A DNA stretch of 52,630 bases, filler included, from Jimgerdemannia flammicorona (taxonomy: Eukaryota), in assembly GCA_003990765.1 (NCBI GenBank). It is 2 parts of 2 records of this genome, joined end to end, with 100 filler letters (N's around TTAATTAATTAA, not from the genome) between each part and the next. Parts side by side here need not be neighbours in the genome. Positions count along the whole stretch, not along the records: positions 26,369 to 52,630 come from RBNJ01000743.1; 1 more part is not named here. One strand, given 5' to 3'. The notes beneath the pieces are model-generated. The model ran no database searches. It saw only the letters and a list, made by a program, of their open reading frames with translations, and was not told the DNA's origin. Positions 48,110 to 52,630 of this stretch are shown here, one piece after another (within the stretch, counting starts at the first letter, position 1; each line of letters opens with the position of its first letter). The translations under genes were made by a program, and so were the position numbers.

Positions 48110-49292
48110 CTCCTTTCTCTACTATCTTACTGGTCACAAGGTTTGGTAGGCAACCTTCCGAGTCCCCTTTCCCCTAATATTCCCCCCTCTACCTTGGGTT
48201 AGTTTGCTGTACCTGTAGGGGCATGGTGGGAGGAGGGCAAGAGTGATGAGTTGTCTCTTTATCAGTATCGGATTGGTGCTTCCTCTACTTTTTCACAGAT
48301 TTTGGTGCCTTCAGCTGTATCTGGGGTGTACCTGTTTTAGTGCAGTGCCTTCTTCCTTTTGCTGTCACCAACAAGGAGTTGTCTCAGTATGTCTTAGGCT
48401 ACATAGGGAGTTGGCCAATCTTGGGTATCAAGTGCTCAGTGTAGGTTACCTGCAGGTCCATAGTACCTGTAGTAGGGCCCTCTGGCTTTGGCAAGCTTTC
48501 CGGCAAGTACAGTTCTGACATAGGTGACTGTTTTTCGGGTAATGTCAGGATGGGAGGGGAGATGGCCATCACAGATAGGAGGAAGGGTGATTATGGTGGA
48601 CCAGTAGGGTGCCAGGCTGGGAGCGGTCATTGGGGCTGGGGCAGGTGCTGCTTCAGTGGGGCCTTTTGATTAGTGTGATGTGGTTAGATGGTAGGTGTCA
48701 CTCTCGGCTTCTTTTGGCAATTTGTGGGGTTGGGCCCTGGTCGTCAGAGGGGGTCGGGGGGCCTGAGGCTACCCATTTCAAGCATCTTGGCTGCACTCAA
48801 CTGGAACTAGAAGCTGATATGGCAATGTGATCGAGGCCTGCAGACTTGAGTAGTGGGATATTGGGAGTCTCCTCCCGCCTCACGTATGAGTCCTCTACTC
48901 ACCTTGACTGGGAGAACCAGGCCCTACCCACCATATTGTGCTTTGATGAGGGTTTTTTCTTTGCCTGTCATTCTCTTTGAGGTGGCAGGAGCTATTCTAT
49001 TTGGCTCAGGCATGGCCTTGTACATATGTTGGGTTCTTGGGTGTGCGCTTTCAGTCATTGGTGTATGGCTGGATTTCCCCTGGTGGTAGGGAGAGCATGG
49101 TATGCAGAATGAGGTGCGGGCTACTTTGTCCTGCTGCGCCTGGCATGGTCGAGCTGCTGGACAATAGCTAGCCTAGGTTAATGGGGGGGCAGTGCTTAAT
49201 GGGTAGTGGGGGAGGGTTTTGGCCTATATAGTCTAGATTCTCTTCCAATAAAAATCTGCAGGACATAGAGTCCATAAAATAAATAAAAAAAA
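48110..49292 (+). mobile_element. ~1.2-kb poly(A)-tailed non-LTR retroposon, copy 2
   Basis: 19-bp TSD GAG(G/A)GGGTATTTATACTAG (48091-48109 / 49293-49311). AATAAA plus A tail. The plus frame resembles a decayed LINE ORF2 C-terminus (PLPWVSLL..LFHRFWCLQLYLG..FC..HSTCSRALWLW). Confidence 0.82.
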
Positions 49293-49402
49293 GAGAGGGT
49301 ATTTATACTAGTGAGGGGTTATCTGGACTATACTTAATATAGATATAGCACTTAGTACCTTACTAAGTCAGAATACAGTCACATAGTATAAGTGTGATCT
49401 GA

Positions 49403-52400
49403 TGTAAGCGCACAACCTCCAAGCCACCGAAATTACATGTCACCCTCTGAACAAGCCACTGAAATCACACATGACCTCTGAACAAATCTGGAAATCACCT
49501 GCTTGATCATGAAGCTGAGTCAAACCGAAGTCACAGCACACAAAGCTGAGTCAATACGAAGTCACAGAACATAGAATTTACATAAATGGAATCTTACCAA
49601 TCAGGATCAAATACATATATACTGAGTACTGAGATGCGTCGAATCAGAGAACCAAAACAAACAACAACTATAACTTCCAAACATACAAACATGACCACTG
49701 AGATCTATACCCATATCTGTACTAACATTTGGAATGCCATTGTCAACTGAGCCACACCCCCTCTACCCCTCATGAATATCCATAGTCTAGCACTCCTCTA
49801 CTTCGTGAAAGCCTGATAGAATTCTCTGAACATGCTTAGCGAGGCCCACCGAATTGGACAAATCTCAAGCTACTACCAGATCGGCTGCCTCCTGGAAGAC
49901 ATGATCAAACACCACCATGATATAGACATCACCCAGATGTCTCAACACCAGAAGCTCATCGCCCACAAACATTGAGAACTCTTCTATAAGTATAGTACCA
50001 TTATTTTCTGCCTCCGAGTTACTACAGCTGAAATGGTTGCTACTCTGTCCTATAGCCAAATTGATGACATGATACAAGAACTCAACTACAAGTACCTTGA
50101 GTATGTTGAAACTACAGACAGAACCTTCCCACACCCCAATGATCATATCCTGCAAATGCCCCAAGTTGGATATACCATGAAGGATATCTACAATATAATC
50201 CACTTTGATGAAAACAAAGCAGAAGACAATGATCCCTCTGATGCCAACATGACCTCTAGCCAAGGATCTCTGCTAACCCTGATCACACCACTAACCTTGC
50301 TGATGAACTTACAACAATTCATAACAGCATATAAGACTTATTGGGACAATGACCACTGGCATGAATACCAATCCACATTTACCCCCAATTACTTCAACTA
50401 TAATGAAGAGACCGGAGAACACAACCTGTACCTTCAGACAACCCTCAAGATCGAACCAACCACTTTACCACCTGAGTACAAGCAATATAAACTACAGTCA
50501 CCAGCTTACTACAACTCCATGACTTATAGTACTATAACCTACAGAAGGTATACAGATAGCAAATCTGATGAAAGTGAAGATGATGTATCCCTCCTTTGCC
50601 CATCAACACCTTATCCAGCATATGAGACAGATGATGCCATCTTGTGGGACAGAGATGAAGTTCCAATATATTATTACCTTAGCAAACAAGGAGAAGTAAT
50701 TCATAAACCACTCTTCCTAGACAACTACTTCATCAGAGATGATGCAATCGATGGTGATGTCATCGAGGACTATCCAGGTAGTGTCTAAATCCATAAATAG
50801 CCTAACAGTCATAGTATAGTTAGATTAGCCTTATATGATGTAACTGTAAACTGACTCAGCAGCCAGACAATCTCTTGATATGTCAGAACACACTTGTACT
50901 ACATGACTGCATTCCAACTCAGCAAGGCACTTAGTGCTACATCCATATCTAGCATAGTCCAGATAGCCCCTCACTAGTATAAATACCCCCTCCCCCAGAC
51001 CTCAGAATCTCAGACTCGAATACACAAGAACATTCCTGAATACTTTCCCACAATATCCCTTCACACAACTACTCCTAGTATAGTAATATCATGAATAGTG
51101 AATAAACCTATTCAAATAACCCACAAACCACCCTTAAGTAAATCCACTTCCCATTAGGTCCCACTTCTAACTCCATCACGAAATTTCCTAATTGGGTATT
51201 GTCTGCAGCGATACGCCAATTCAACTAAGCTGGTCTTAGTTTCTTGAACTTTCTGAAATATAGAAAATCCTGAACATCCAGAACTAGTCCAAAAAGGGAC
51301 TTTGGTTGAGACATCAACCCGATCTTGAAATCAATAAGTATAGAGGATATACTTGATATGAAATTGATCTTGACCATAAAGAAAACGGTCTTCCAGAATA
51401 TCCAAAACCTCCAGAAACCCTTCTAGAACTATGTAATGATTACCATAAAAAGCAACCCTCTAACAACTTGATAGCAGTGGTTTACAACCCAATCCCACTT
51501 CAAGATGCTTCCTCACTCTGCTACAAACTCCTCTGTGAATTTCTACAAGTTGGTATAGAGCCCAACCTCTGAACTGGAATTTATCCTGAACAATCTGACA
51601 ATCTGGAGATAATTGAACCTAACATATAAGGATAATTTGACCTCCATACCTGCAATAAGTGGGACAAACTTCATTGAAAGAAAGAAGTACTCCGATTAAA
51701 CCAACAAATAGGCGAAACCCTATTTACTGAACTCCTTGTATTACACCCAGCAAGTCAAGATGAAGAAGGTCTTATTGAAGCCTTCTTTACTCTTCTCAAT
51801 AAGAGTTTTGTTAGCTCCACAAATCCGAGCAACTTAGGACAACCAGCAGCAGTCTTTCTAGCCTTAGTTCCTCATGAAGCCCAAACCTCTGTAGCCAAGT
51901 GGCTCAACTCTACCAACTTTCACTATACCAGGACCAAGACCGCATTATACTACTGATTCCAGAATAGCAAGGCCCACCATATTCTTAAAGAAGAAGTAAG
52001 AGAAACCCTTCATCAACTATCTGACCCTAAACCTGAAGCAGGCCCTGCTACAACCCTACCTGAATCTGAAACCAATACTGAACCTGAACTTGACTTTGAA
52101 TTAAGTCTATCTGAAATCAGATATATAACTGATTCTATCTACTTTGATGCCGAGCAAACTCAATTACATGGGGACCAAACCGAAGAAGAGGAGGAGTATC
52201 TCAGTGAATTTGATCCCAGATATACCACCAAAGGAGAAGTATCTCCATCAGGACAGAATACACCTATACAGTAACAAACAGTTATCTATCAAGCCCTCAC
52301 TTCAGACCTACAACTACTACTCCAGTAACTTACACAGACTCAAAGAACCCCATCACACTCTGCACCAGTACCTCAAGTAGTACCAGTAACACCACTACCA

Positions 52401-52630
52401 GCAATCCAACTGCCTCCAGTAAACAATATGGCAAACTAACAGATTCTAGACCTCACAGCCTAGGTAGTCATAATGGCAGCAACCATTACTGCCTTAGCTG
52501 AACAGACCCAACCTACCAAAAATCTGAGCCTACCTACCTTCAATGGTACTGTACAAGAAGTCCAAAGCTTCATTAGTGTAGTTGACACCAACTTTGAAGC
52601 CAATCAATGGACCAATGAGCGAGTTGCTGA
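49403..52630 (+). mobile_element. Ty3/Gypsy family 2, copy 3 (5' part): 2,063-bp LTR (49403-51465), PBS, leader ORF and start of gag
   Basis: TGTAAGCG..CTAACA. PBS TGATAGCAGTGG at 51469. Colinear with the reverse complement of 28440-31599. Confidence 0.9.
49691..50788 (+). pseudogene. LTR(U3)-embedded accessory ORF, 365 codons
   Basis: ATG at 49691 is in frame with ORF 50033-50788. Four TGA/TAG stops, no frameshift. CATATATA box at ~49614. Lies upstream of the LTR TATAAATA (~50978) and GTGAATAAACC (~51098). Confidence 0.82.

Larger units (their letters stand above)
41196..49402 (-). repeat. Family-2 LTR (host), split into 41196-41414, 47833-48109 and 49293-49402 by later insertions
   Basis: The three pieces are colinear with LTR 29602-30182 and rejoin across the TSDs. 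Confidence 0.85.

Noticed and set aside
49691..50788. env gene
   Set aside because: No signal peptide or transmembrane segment seen. It is acidic and located inside the LTR.

Overview
Eukaryotic, intron-containing DNA, most consistent with an early-diverging fungus (Mucoromycota-like; inference from gene style and TE content). CpG-rich host genes alternate with CpG-depleted, transition-mutated transposon nests. Host genes: a 3-exon ~2,829-aa sacsin-repeat (2x GHKL/HATPase-like) + C-terminal BTB/POZ gene (+, 7898-16588); an intact multi-exon GCFC2/PAXBP1/Ntr2-like spliceosome-disassembly factor (-, 33054-36711); a frameshifted Argonaute lacking its L2-MID-PIWI core (-, 37069-39492); and a decayed LRR gene with one 28-aa repeat per 84-bp exon (-, ~40125-41135). 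The rest is Ty3/Gypsy LTR retrotransposons, a ~1.2-kb poly(A)-tailed retroposon (2 copies) and a hAT-like foldback MITE. Two Ty3/Gypsy families place a dUTPase between the Gag zinc knuckle and the protease. The most novel-looking signal is that 2.0-2.5-kb LTRs of two different families each carry a self-contained, homologous ~330-365-codon accessory gene in U3, with its own TATA-like box, and a sister LTR variant has this cargo replaced by an integrase fragment. An artificial N-TTAATTAATTAA-N contig linker at 26269-26368 means the two halves of the window may not be physically adjacent.
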